A DNA stretch of 63,710 nt, filler included, from Chrysochromulina tobinii (lineage: Eukaryota): assembly GCA_001275005.1 (NCBI GenBank). It is 4 parts of 4 records of this genome, joined end to end, with 100 filler letters (N's around TTAATTAATTAA, not from the genome) between each part and the next. Parts side by side here need not be neighbours in the genome. Positions count along the whole stretch, not along the records: positions 1 to 22,166 come from JWZX01001074.1; 3 more parts are not named here. One strand, 5' to 3'. Positions within the stretch are counted from its first letter, which is position 1. The number at the start of each line of letters is the position of its first letter. The notes under the pieces were generated by a model. The model was given only the letters and a program-made list of their open reading frames with translations, did not search any database and had not been told where the DNA came from. Shown piece by piece: positions 1 through 11,427 of this stretch. The position numbers were made by a program, and so were the translations under genes.

Positions 1-579
1 CCTCGCCGCCGCCGCCCTCGCAGCCCGGCCGCCGCCCACGCCGCGAGGAATGAGTCCGCGGAGCGTGGTACCGGCCACGTCCTTGATCACGAGGTGTTAC
101 CAGGTATCGACAGTATCATCCTAAGTCTCCTCTAGTCTTCCCTGGCGCCCCTGGGGCGCCTGCGGCGCCGTTTTCTTTTTTTTCTTTTCCACGCAACACT
201 ACGGAAAAAAAGCCGAAATTCAGTAATTCACACGACCGACAAGGCGTCGTGTCGAGCAGCTTCTCGAGTTGGCTGTCTTGGTTCAAGTAATGATAGAAAC
301 ATAAGTAGGTACGTGTCTATCACTGGACACAGTGACTCTATCCTCAACTGACACAAGAGGGGCATGCAGAGGGGTGCATTACACTTCCCATGCATGAGAG
401 TCAGCCCTCCTGTTTTCTGCGGACTCATCAGCCGAAATTGGTCTCCGATAAAACATCGTGCGCAGCGCGGCCACTGCGAGCGGATACGCGTGGATAAGGC
501 ACACGTGAGCGGCGGCGGTTGGTGGGCGACTGGGAGGGATCTCAAAGGCTCGAGGTACATGAGCGCGCACCTATTCGAA

Positions 580-1044
580 TCATGTCCAGTCGATCTGGTA
601 GCGAGTGACGCGCGGCTTATCGGCCAGGATGTTGCGCACGATGCGCTCGTAGATCGGGTACTCCGGTGGCGCCTCGTTGAGTTCGAGGCAGTCGTATTCG
701 CTGTTTACGTAGTAGCCAATGCGGATGAACTCACGGTCGCGGTAGAAGCATGAGAGCAGGATGACGGTCACGCCGAGCAAATCGTGCAGCGGGATTTTGC
801 TCGGGTCGGGAGGTTCGGCCTGAAAGACGATCTTGTAGCCGCCCACCTGCATGGGCCCCACAAGCACGGAGTCGAGGAGCTGATCATACTCGTCGCTCTC
901 AGCGGAGCCCACGTAGATGAGTTTCCACTCAATATCCTCGCTGATCGGCGCGAGGCACTCGAAGCTCACCTCGAACTGGAAGGGGTTGTCGAACCGAGCG
1001 GGGTTGTCGAGCACTGACACATTGGTCACCGAGACGCACGCCAT
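580..1044 (-). CDS. ASF1: Histone H3-H4 chaperone ASF1
   Basis: 154-aa intronless ORF with ASF1 motifs VLDNPARFDNPFQFEVSFECL, WKLIYVGSAESDEYDQLLDSVLVGP, EFIRIGYYV, RNILADKPRVTRY. Confidence 0.97.
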   Translation of the reverse strand: MACVSVTNVSVLDNPARFDNPFQFEVSFECLAPISEDIEWKLIYVGSAESDEYDQLLDSVLVGPMQVGGYKIVFQAEPPDPSKIPLHDLLGVTVILLSCFYRDREFIRIGYYVNSEYDCLELNEAPPEYPIYERIVRNILADKPRVTRYQIDWT

Positions 1045-1928
1045 CGGATCGGCGGGGCGATTTTGTCAGATTTGTACCGGTACCACGTCCACAAAATTTG
1101 GCGCGAAGGCTTCGGCGAAGGACCCACCCTGTCAATCAGTCACTCAACAGTGCCAACCTGTCAACTGACAGTCATGTCGCGGTTCCCCCGCCCACACTCC
1201 GTCTCAAGGGACGGCGCCGCTGTGCAACACAAGTTATTACTAATTACTCGCTCTCTCCGTCGGACTCCTCGTGCCCTCGGACTCCTTCACCTTTTTGCTA
1301 TCGATTTAGGATTTTCGATTACGATATCGAGCGCGTGAGGTCGTGCTCTCCCAGCGCAGCGCACAGTGTGATCCCTGTCGCTCGCTGCCCGTAGATGCTG
1401 CTGGGTGGTCGGTCGCAATTGGTCGGTCGACGCGCGGGTGTGGCGGGGCCAGAGGCCTGTTCTTCCGGGCGCGCATGCGGGCGCGGTCCACCTCGCGGAC
1501 GGGTGTGCGCGGTGGCTGCGCTCTTCCTCTTGCTTCAGCCTTCACATTAGGACATTTGTTCGTAGGCGCGCTAGGCCGCGTCGCGCCATGCTCCATGCTG
1601 CCCTTTCTTCACGCAATTTTAAGAAGGCTATACCATTCTATATCTGAGGCTCACCTGCTCTTACCGACCTGCAGGAAGGGAATGTGCGAAACCTTGCCGC
1701 CCGCAATGTATGATTGCGGGGGCAACGCAATGTTGGGGTCAATCGTCAGGGATCGAGGCATCGAGCATCGAACAGACCGACACAGTGCACACTACGTGCG
1801 CGACATCTGTTGACACTCGACTTGTTCTCACACCTTGACAAATGTTGAGATGATCCGTCTCCCGGGACCTAAGTACAACTTGTCGACGCTAGTACATGCT
1901 TGACCACTAAAGATCGCAGAGGGCGCTG

Positions 1929-4900
1929 TCAAAATCCAGGGCCCTTGAGTTGCCAGTCTGGAAAGCCGGCATTCCGAAGCTCGGCTATGCTGAAGCCGCC
2001 CTTTTTGAGCTCCTTGGCCGTCAGCCCGATGGCCTTGAGTTCGATTGCAGTGAAATCAGCCGCCTTCAGCTCGTCGGCGGTGAACGCCGCCGCCTTGACC
2101 TCATCCGGCGTGTAGCCGCCGTGCTTGAGCTCAACGGCCGAGAAGCCGATCATTTGCAGCTGGTATGCGAGCAGACCACCCTCGCGCATTTCGGTAGGCG
2201 TGAAACCCGCCGTCTTGAGCACCTTGGGCCCGTAGCCGCCATCGTAGAGCTCGCCCGCGCTGAACCCGACCGCATGAAGCTCGACCGCCGAGAAGCCTGA
2301 GAGGCGCAGCTCGGGCACCTTGAACGCAAAGGCGCGAAACTCTGCCGCGGTGAACCCGACCTGCCGAAGCTCCTTGACAGAGAACCCTGCATTGTACAGC
2401 TCGGTGGGCTCAACCCGCGCAAGCTTGAGCTCGGTGGCAGTGAAGCCAACGTTCCGCAGCTCGTTCACCGTGAAGCCTACGCCGCGGAGGTTGGCCGCGT
2501 CGATGCCAATCGCCCTGAGGTCCTTCGCGCTGAAGCCGCCGGCCCGAAGCTCGATCACGGTGTACCCAATCGCCTTGAGTTCCTTGGCCGAGAATTCTCC
2601 CGCCTTGAGCTCGGCGGCCGAAAAGCCCGATGCCTTGAGCGCTGGTGCCTGGAAGCCTCCCTGGCGCAGTTGCTTCATGGTATATCCGATTTGCTGCAGC
2701 TCGGTGGCTGTGAACCCGCCATCCTTGAGGTCCTCCACCGTAAACCCGCCCTCTCTGAGCTCGTCGCCCTGCACGCCAATGGAGCGCAGGTCCTTAACGG
2801 TGTACCCACCTTCCCGAAGCTGCTTCACAGTAAAGCCGGCGTGCTTGAGCTCGCGCGTCGAGTACCCAGCGAAGCGCAACTCGACCATGGTGCATCCGCC
2901 ATCCTTGAGCTCCTTGAGCAGGAATCCCTCCTCCTTGAGCTCCTTGGCGGTGAACCCCTCCGTCTTGAGTTCCTGGAACGTAAACGTGTTGCGCTGCAAC
3001 AAGCCGCCATCCTTGATCTCCCTTCCGCTGTACCCCGCTAACTTGAGCTGGGTGCCGTTGAAGCCGACGAAGGCCAACTCCTTGGCGGTGAATTCAGCTT
3101 CCCTCAGCTCGACAGGCGCGAATCCCGCCGCCTTGAGATCCTCGGCCGTGCAGCCGACAGCCTTCAAATCAGTTGCGTTGAACCCTCCTGTCTTGAGCTC
3201 CTTGGCTGTTGCACCCGCTTGCTTGCACTCTTCGGCGGTATACGCGCCGAGACGCATCTCCTCAACAGTATAGCCTCCCTGGATCATATCCTGTGCGTCA
3301 AAGCTCGTCTGCTTGAGATCTGATGCCGAGTATCCGCCGGCCTTCAATTCGGCGGCGGTGAAGCCGGACTGGTCGAGCTGGAGCGCGGTGTAGCCAACGG
3401 CCCTCAACTCCTTGGGCTTGAAGGCCGCACTCCTGAGATCGTCCAACGTAAAATTGGCCGCAATCAGCTGCTTGGCGGTAGCGCCCACGCCGCGCATGAT
3501 CTTGGCGCTGAAGCCGACCACTCGCAGCTCATGGCAGCTGAAGCCATGCCCGCTAGCGTACAAGTCCTTGACGGTGTACCCCACGTCCTTGAGCTCTTGC
3601 GCCGAGAAACCCACCTCCATCATCGCCCTCGCGGTGAAGCCAGCCTTGCGCAGCGTCGACGCGGTCACGTCCGCCGCCTTGAGCTGGTCGATTGAGAAGC
3701 CGCCTTCCTTGAGTTCCTTGCAGAGGAACCCACCAGCCATCAGGTCCTCCGCCGTAAAGCCTCCGGCCTTCAGGTCCTGAGCCAGGAAGCCGCCGTCCTT
3801 GAGCTCACGCACCGTGCAGCCGGCCGCCCGTAGCTCAGATGCGGACGTGTATCCAGCGAGGCGCAGCTCATTTGCCGAGAATCCGCCGGATGTGAGCTCG
3901 CGTGCCTCAAAGTTCGCCGCATGCAGCTGCATCGGCGTGAAGCCCGCGGCCTTGAGCTCCTTGGCCGAGTATCCCACAGCCTTCATTTGTTCCAGCGTGA
4001 TGCCCTCCACCTTGAGGCCAATTGCAGAGATGCCTGCAGCCTTCAGGTCCGCCACAGACGCACCCGCGCCCGTGAGGTCGGCGAGCGACGCGCCTGCGGC
4101 CCGTAACTCCTCGGCACCATAGCCCACCTCCTGCAGCGCATGTGCCGAGAAGCCGGCGGCACGCAGCTCGGTCAGCGGGTACGCCACCGCCCGCAGCTCA
4201 GCCGCCAGACATCCCGCCTCCTTGAGTTCCAAGGCCGTGTACCCCGCGCCCTTGAGCACCTCGACGGACCACTGTGAAGCGAGCAGCTCAGTTGCCATGT
4301 ACCCGGCGGGCCTAAGCTTCTTGGCAGTGAACTGCGCTTCCTTCATTTCTACCGCATTGTAGCCCGCCGCCTTCAATTCGCCCGCGCCGTAGCCGGCGAC
4401 CCTCAGGTCGCCTGCCATGAAGTCGGCCACCCTCATCTCGGTCGCGCTGTACCCGGCATTGCGTAACTCAGTCGCGTCATAACCGCCACCTTTGAGCTCG
4501 AGCAGCTCAAAGTGGACGTTGCGCAGGTCAATCGCAGAAAATTTGGCCCGCCGGAGCTCCTCGACGGTGTACCCAAGCGGCTTGAGGTCCTTGGCCACAA
4601 ACGAGCCCTGCCTCAGCTCAGTGGGCGTGAAGCCGCTCTCCTTGAGCTGACTAGCCTGATACCCGACGCCCTTGAGCTGTTTGACGGTAAATCCACCATG
4701 CTTGAGGTCCTCGAGAGAAAAGTACTTCGACGACTTGAGCTGCGCCGCCGTGTACCCACCCTTTCTGAGCTCTGCGGCGGTGAAGCCCACCTCACCCAGC
4801 TCGGCCGCCATGTGCGCCGCCTCCCTCATCTCGGTCGCGGTGAAGCCGCCCTGCCTGAGCTCGAAGAGCGAGAAGGCCTTTAACTTGAGCTCGCCCACTT

Positions 4901-7290
4901 TGAAGCCGACGTCGCGGAGCGCCTCTGCGCAGACCAAGCTCGCTAGGTGGCCCCGGCGCATCCAGCCGTCAGAAATGAGCTGTGTGATCGACTTCTCCCA
5001 CTCATCCTTGCTCAACCGGCCTTTCCTGCCCTCGGACAGTATCTTGGCGATCTCGTCACCAGCTTTGTGAATCTCAACCGAGCTTTCGGGACCGTGCGTG
5101 CCCTCCACGACCCGGCGCATCAGATCACCCATGAAGAAAATCTCCTCGCGCCATGGGCCGCCCGAGCTCATGAAGCGCTGCTTTCGCATCGTGGCCATCG
5201 CCTTATCTCGCCCCTCGCGCAGGGCCTCCACGGGGATGATATATCCACTCTTTTTGGTCAGAACAAGTTCCCTGAGGCTGCTGAGCGTTGCCTGCGAGCG
5301 TGCCATCGCCTCAACCAGCGGCGCGCCACTCTCCGCCGATCCTATGCAATCGTGGCCAAACTTTAGCCCCGATTCCGAGAGGTCAAGGTGTGTGAGGCTC
5401 GAGTTCTGGATGAGCGCATCGATGAGCGGCAGCACCTCTGATGGGTCAAGCTCATAAGAGCAGGTCCACTCCATGATCGCGCCCTTTTTGAGCGCGTCCA
5501 GCGGCAGCCCTGCGCCCACGTTCCACAGTTGGATGCCCTTCGCGATCACCGTGAGCCCTGCCTGCCGCGCGCTTTGTACCAGCTCGATCCACGTCATTTC
5601 AGAGGCGAGCGTAGAGACAATTATGGAGACGGGCAGCGCCGAGATGAAGGGCAGCATGAGCGACTGAGAGTGCGTGACTGTGCCGGTTTCCTCGTTGTGG
5701 AGGATGATGATGTAGATGCATGCCTGCAGCAGGCATTGCGGCAAGCTCTCAACGAGCACCTCGGTGATGATGCGCGTCGCCTTGTAGGCTGGCACGAACT
5801 GGCGCAGCCAGTCGGGAATGGGTAGCACAGCGAGTAGCCCAAAGGGTTCGAGGAACATGAGGATGTCGAACACAAACAGCCCCAGAGGAAAGCCGAATAT
5901 CATGAAGAGAAGGTAGATGGGATGGTCGCGACCAAAGGTGGAGCGAAGGTAAGGAAGCACGCGCAAGTAGACGACTCCAAACTGGACGATGAGTATCGAG
6001 GCTGACATCGCGCACCATAGATAGTTGCCCGTCGTATAAAGGAGCACGATGACCTTCAAGTCCGAGTATACGTCGGCGAAGTAGAGGCCAACCACCAACA
6101 ACCCTCGGCCCGAGCGTGCTAAGATCTGGCAGACGGCGCTGCCCAGCACCACGTTGACGAGGTCCGTCTGGCCGTTGGTACTCTTCTTTTTCGTCTCCTC
6201 CTTTTCAGAGGACCCTCCGTGCAGGATGGAGCGCAGCTCGTTGCCCCGTGCCTTCAGGATCTTGAGGCGATTGCGAGCGTCGATGGCCTGCTCCGATGTC
6301 GCCTTATTGTAGACCTTTACTTTGATCTCGAGCTCCTCTACCTGATCGGTGTTGCGTCTCAGCTCTCTGGCGAGCTTTTCGGGGCTCAGCTTGCTACCCT
6401 CCACCTTGCCACCCTCGTCCGCCTCGCTGAGCCGCTGATTAGCCTTTTTTTTGCCGCTTCTCATCCTGCGCAGCAATCTGGCGGGCCTCCCACCAATCTG
6501 TCATGTCTTTGAGGAAGAGGACGAAGGTGCCCACCGCAAACGCGATGCCAAAGTTGAGGGAGAGGAGGGCGACCGGATGCTTCTTACCCCACTCGAACAT
6601 TTTGTCGGCCTCGTAGCCGAGCATGCCAATGATGCCCACATCGCTCGGGAGGGCGGCAGCCCCATCGCCATCCGAACTACTTTGAACGACTTGTACGGCA
6701 AGCTCCAAGCCGGCGAAGATAATCGCCCCGACAAACAAATAACTGCATAACGAGCTCGAGAGGAAGTCATCAATCCAATCGATGACCCAATCGTATGCCA
6801 CTCGTAGGCAGTTGTTTTCGGGAATCGGAGGCGGCACGAGGACGAGTCCCACCTCAACGTCTGCACTCGTGCACGCAGCAGAAGCCGGCGCAGCCGACCC
6901 TCCTGCGACTGGAACGGGCCCTGGCGCTAATGGGCTGTCAAAGGGACTGTGCCCAGTCTCCATGCGCAGCTGCGCAACCCGCTCCTTTGCTGACAACACC
7001 TTAAAAATGCTCTTGCGCTTCTGCGGTGAAGGCGTCAATAACGTTTCTTCCGAAGCCGAAGGGTCTGCAGCAGGCGGAACCAGGCTGGGAGGACTCCTGG
7101 ATGGCTGCAGTGGTCGCTGAGGTGGCGGCAGAGCAGCACTGGGTCCTAGCGGTACTTCTATAGAGGCTGGATGCGGCCGCCTAATCCGTGGCAAGCCTGG
7201 CGCTGAAGGCAGTGATGAAGGCGATGAAGGCTCCTGAACCGGCGGTGAAGGCGGCAGCGATTCACCCGGCTCCTGCGTCAACCGCGACAT
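1929..7290 (-). CDS. Membrane protein: XK-family-like TM domain + LRR-like segment + very long decapeptide-repeat (ELKxxGFTAx) C-terminus; apparent 1-nt frameshift at the A8 run (+ strand T8, 6445-6452)
   Basis: ATG at 7290 (283-aa ORF with TM helices) overlaps a 1515-aa ORF that starts at TTG. XK-type motifs YFADVYSD and EVLVESLPQCLLQ; LRR-like NSSLTHLDLS; ~100 repeats of ELRxxGF(T/S)Ax. Confidence 0.75.
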
Positions 7291-7783
7291 CGGCCTTCAC
7301 TCTGCGCTCGGCGTGCTCGCCCTGCGCGTGCGCACGAACGTCGGACCGGCTGCAGACCCGCACCTGTCGCGAGGGTGGGGCACAACGCAAAGACGCGCAT
7401 TTGGCGAGTGAACTTTTATAAATGGGAAACACTTTTTGTATATTCCGTCCAACGTCCAAATCGGGAACTTAGCAGGAAGCACTTGAAAGGAGGGGGGCTT
7501 TTCGAGCACCACGCGTAGGAACCTACTGAATCGCTGTGTCCTGACTGTCACCGTGTGCCCGACTCTGTCTCGACTGTGAGCCACCTGAGCCTCTATAGGT
7601 TGGGAGGGTTCAAGGGAATAAACAAGGGTCGAGGGTTTCAACTTTCATACATTCACACACAAGTACACACCATCAGGAATCACGCGCCGACGCCCGTGTG
7701 TCTCCGACGCTTGTCTCGTGTCAACGTTCACACCAACAAATTCACGCCAGGGTCGTGTCTCTGTGTCTTGTGTTTCACAAAAA

Positions 7784-9370
7784 ATGCGCTTGGACGACGC
7801 CTGCGTGATCCTTGGCTGCGACAAGTGCTGCGCGCTTGAGGACGCGCAGAGCAAGTACCGACGGCTTGCTCTGATACATCACCCCGATCGTTGTCCGGGC
7901 GATCCGGGCGCCACCGCCAAATTTCAGACCGTTGGAGAGGCTTGGAGCCGCTTTCAGAGGTGGAAGTCGGACGGTTTTGACGACCCTGCGACAGACGATA
8001 CGTGGCGTGAGCAGGCGGCTGCCGACCCACGTTCAAGCAGCTGGTGGAGCAGCAGCTGGTTCGGCGGCGGCTTCGGTGGGTACACCGAGCCTCAGAGGTG
8101 CGGCCAGAATTGCGACTGCAGGTTTTGTCGCTTGGAGAAGAAGCGCGAGGGACGACGCGCCAGGGCGGAGGCCGAGGTGGAAGCGAAAGCTGCGGTGGCC
8201 GCAAAACGCTGGGAGGCGGTCATTGCGCAGAAGCAGCATGCTGCGCGTGAGTGGAAGGAGCGCAACAATAGGGAGCGTGCTGCAGCGGCAGAGGCCCAGG
8301 AGCAGGCAGCACGCGCCAAGGCAGAGCTTGAGAGGCAGGCGGCAGAGGAGGCAGAGGCGCAGGCGGAGCGCGAACGGTCTGAGCTGATCGAAAAGAAGCG
8401 GCAGCACGATGCTCAGGCTCGTCTGCTCCGCAAGCAGCGCACGCGACTTCGTACACTCGTGTGCGCGGCGCATGCAGGCCTGGCGGACGAAATGGCTTCG
8501 TCACTGGTGACTCTCCTCACTGCGCAGCTCGACGCGGTGGCGCTGAGTGCGCTGTGCGAGCAAGTGGACGCAGCGTTAGCTCGTGTGGACGCCGAGCCCG
8601 AGACTGTGAATGTTCACACCGCTGTACCCGGGGTTACAGCGCTGCTGCAGGCCGCCGTGGCCGCGTGCAAGTCTCGAGAGGTGCAGCCGCAACAAGAGGA
8701 GGAGGCAGCGGCCGGAGTGGCGGTGCCGCCGCTGGCTCGGAGCCGCCGGCCAGCCTGGACGGAGCAGGAGGGTGATCTCCTGTCCAAGGCGATGGTCAAG
8801 GTCCCAGGCGGCGTGCCCGATCGGTGGCAAAAGGTGGCCGAAATGATCAACAAGCTGGCGGCGCCGTGCCACCAGCGCACTGCGGACGAGGTGACACATC
8901 GTGTCAAGGAGTTGCGCAAGGCTCTCGAGAAGCAACGAGGTGAAAATGTGGCCGCGGACATGCGAGCGGCGGCGGCGGCGACGGCCGTGGCGAAGGTGGC
9001 GACGGACATGCAAGGCACGGGCTCGGCGGCACCTTTTGGATCGATCGCGCCGGCAACTGTACAAGCTGCTGCTAGTGCCCCTATCGTGGCTCCAGCACTG
9101 ACAGCAACGGTTCGGATCGCATCGACCACGCCATCCGCACCCTCAGCTGTGTCGTCCACCCCACCGCACGCACCGCCAGCAACCTGGGCAGACGTGTGGA
9201 CCGTTGAGCAGCAGATGGCGCTCGAGACGGCGCTTAAGCTCGTGCCCGCCTCCATCGGCCCTGGCCGGTGGGATCGCATCGCCGAGCAGGTGCCTGGTAA
9301 GACACGCGCCGAGTGCGTCAGGCGGTACAAAGAGATCGTGTCGGCGCTGAAAGCGAGGGTTCGTAGTTGA
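7784..9370 (+). CDS. DnaJ-domain protein with two C-terminal SANT/Myb domains (DNAJC2/ZRF1-like architecture)
   Basis: J-domain YRRLALIHHPDR...KFQTVGEAW; SANT motifs WTEQEGDLLSKAM..P...DRWQKVA and WTVEQQMALETAL...RWDRIAEQVPGKTRAECVRRY; first ATG at 7784. Confidence 0.85.
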   Translation: MRLDDACVILGCDKCCALEDAQSKYRRLALIHHPDRCPGDPGATAKFQTVGEAWSRFQRWKSDGFDDPATDDTWREQAAADPRSSSWWSSSWFGGGFGGYTEPQRCGQNCDCRFCRLEKKREGRRARAEAEVEAKAAVAAKRWEAVIAQKQHAAREWKERNNRERAAAAEAQEQAARAKAELERQAAEEAEAQAERERSELIEKKRQHDAQARLLRKQRTRLRTLVCAAHAGLADEMASSLVTLLTAQLDAVALSALCEQVDAALARVDAEPETVNVHTAVPGVTALLQAAVAACKSREVQPQQEEEAAAGVAVPPLARSRRPAWTEQEGDLLSKAMVKVPGGVPDRWQKVAEMINKLAAPCHQRTADEVTHRVKELRKALEKQRGENVAADMRAAAAATAVAKVATDMQGTGSAAPFGSIAPATVQAAASAPIVAPALTATVRIASTTPSAPSAVSSTPPHAPPATWADVWTVEQQMALETALKLVPASIGPGRWDRIAEQVPGKTRAECVRRYKEIVSALKARVRS

Positions 9371-9685
9371 TTCATGTGCTCGCCGCCGCTCTCGGATAGC
9401 GTTTTCTTTCGAGGATAGCCGTTTGTCCTAACCACCATTACCACCTCACAAACTCCTCCCTGTAAGAATTCTACCCCCCGGTAAGTCAACCTCTGCACTT
9501 ACACTTATCAACCGTTACATCAACGTTCAGCATGCGCAGCAGTAAGCTGTAAAGCTACTGGCGGCGGGAGACAAAGGACAGACGCCCAAGGTCCAGCGTG
9601 CGGATTTCGAAGCGTTGACGGAACGCACGTAAGATGAATGCGTGTAAAGATTCTCCAATACGAGGAAAAACACAGATTCTGCGTC

Positions 9686-10828
9686 ATGCTCACGTCCTTT
9701 GCGCTGCTCACGAGCCCGGCGCTGCGGCTGCCTGCACCGGCCGCAGCGCCGGTGATAATGCAGCTGCGCAGTGCCGCTGAGCGTGCCGCTGCGCGAGGAA
9801 ATGGCTGGGGTCCGTCCTACCCATCGCAATCAGCAAACGTCGTACAGGGTGGTGCACGCCGTACGTGGAGCAAGCGCTCGCAATACCCGGGCGAGAGCGA
9901 GGTGTTCATGAACACCGACGGGCGGCCGCTCGAAGCGAACATCGAGCTCTGGCAAGGCCCTGGCTACACGCCTCGAAAGATGCGTGTGTACAGCGATGAC
10001 GGCTATCTCCGTCCATTCCGCTCCCTCGAGACGCCTCACAGCTCCAATGGGCATTCGTACTCCATCCGCAATCGGGGGCCACTCGAATTCCCGATGGCGG
10101 CCTCGGTTAGGCAGCTGTCCGGCTACGGCGGGCCTCATCGTGGCGGGTATGGCAGCGTCTCGCCGTCCGGATACCCCGGAGTGGGAGCCATCCAACAATC
10201 GGGTGGAATCCCATCCGTGACGGTGCAGGGAGGTGCGATCCGCAGCTTTCCCTTCGGGCCCGAGGTCGAGAGCGTCGAGGTCATTCTGAGCACCGAGGGG
10301 CGCAACCTCCAGGCACGTATCGAGCTGCTGCAGGGGCCAGACAACGTGAAACAGTCGATCGACCTCGAGGAGGACGATGGGTATAATCGTCCGTTCGTCT
10401 GCACCTTCGAGACGCCTGGCTATGGCCACGTCGTGCGCATCGTGAACAACGGGCCGATTGAGTTCCCGCTCACCGCCTCGGTCATCCCGCGCACCTTTGC
10501 ACGCCCGGGGTACGATGATCGCGTCGTGTTGGGCGGCCGCATCGGCGGCTACGGCTACGGCGGCGATCGCGGCGGCCAAAGCGGCCTCGGCGGCATGGGC
10601 CGCGGGCGCACGAGCCTGCATGGCTACGACGACCAGCGCTGGTATGATCCGGTTGGCGCCGGTGCGATGTCGTATGGGGATCGCGGCGGCGGCTACGGCA
10701 GCTACGACGAGCGCCGCGGCGGCTACGACAACGGTCGCCCTCTGTACCAGGACACGCGCGAGTATGCGATGAGCTATGGTGGGCGCGGCCAGGCTGTGGA
10801 TAGCCGTCCGTGGTGGGAACGCGCGTGA
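9686..10828 (+). CDS. Conserved algal uncharacterised protein with a duplicated VQGGA..GRPL.A.IEL.QGP domain; probable targeting peptide; Gly/Tyr/Arg-rich tail
   Basis: Two internal repeats (VQGGARRTW..GRPLEANIELWQGP; VQGGAIRSF..GRNLQARIELLQGP); hydrophobic N-terminus from ATG 9686. Confidence 0.75.
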   Translation: MLTSFALLTSPALRLPAPAAAPVIMQLRSAAERAAARGNGWGPSYPSQSANVVQGGARRTWSKRSQYPGESEVFMNTDGRPLEANIELWQGPGYTPRKMRVYSDDGYLRPFRSLETPHSSNGHSYSIRNRGPLEFPMAASVRQLSGYGGPHRGGYGSVSPSGYPGVGAIQQSGGIPSVTVQGGAIRSFPFGPEVESVEVILSTEGRNLQARIELLQGPDNVKQSIDLEEDDGYNRPFVCTFETPGYGHVVRIVNNGPIEFPLTASVIPRTFARPGYDDRVVLGGRIGGYGYGGDRGGQSGLGGMGRGRTSLHGYDDQRWYDPVGAGAMSYGDRGGGYGSYDERRGGYDNGRPLYQDTREYAMSYGGRGQAVDSRPWWERA

Positions 10829-11427
10829 GCGCGTATAGGATGCTCTGCACTGTGCATCAGGTGGACACGATGAGATCACGTGTGAGGTGTATCTGTATGT
10901 GTCGCGTGTGGGTGTATCGTCGCGGTGACCGTGTGGCGTGTGGGTGTGTGCATCACTCACGCCGCGTGCAAGTTGCACACACTCGCACGCATGCTTGTTG
11001 TCGTCCGGGGGGTGGCTATTGCTAGTAAATTAATGCGGCTTACCTGCTGTTCTGCGCGCATTCTTTAGCAACTTTGCAATTGGCACTTTGGCGTGGCAAA
11101 GAATTGCGCTTTGCCGGCACGCGGACACCGCACGCAAGACGGCTCCGGTCCGGGCGGCGGCACGCCGCGCGGCGCGGGCGAAGCATGGGCCGTCTGGGCG
11201 CGAAGGTCGCGCAGCCGGGCCGGGTCTCGGCGCGGGGAGATCACAGATCTGCTGGCGTTTTCGCCCGCCCCATGTACTCAGTAATCATGAGCGGACTACC
11301 TTAACCATTATTCATTATTGGCCGCCACGTGGGCGCGCGCGCGCTAAGGGAGTAATGTGTGTCGATGTGTGCGCGACCGTGCTCAGGGGCACACGAGAAG
11401 CCGCACCATCTACCAACCCGCAACCGC

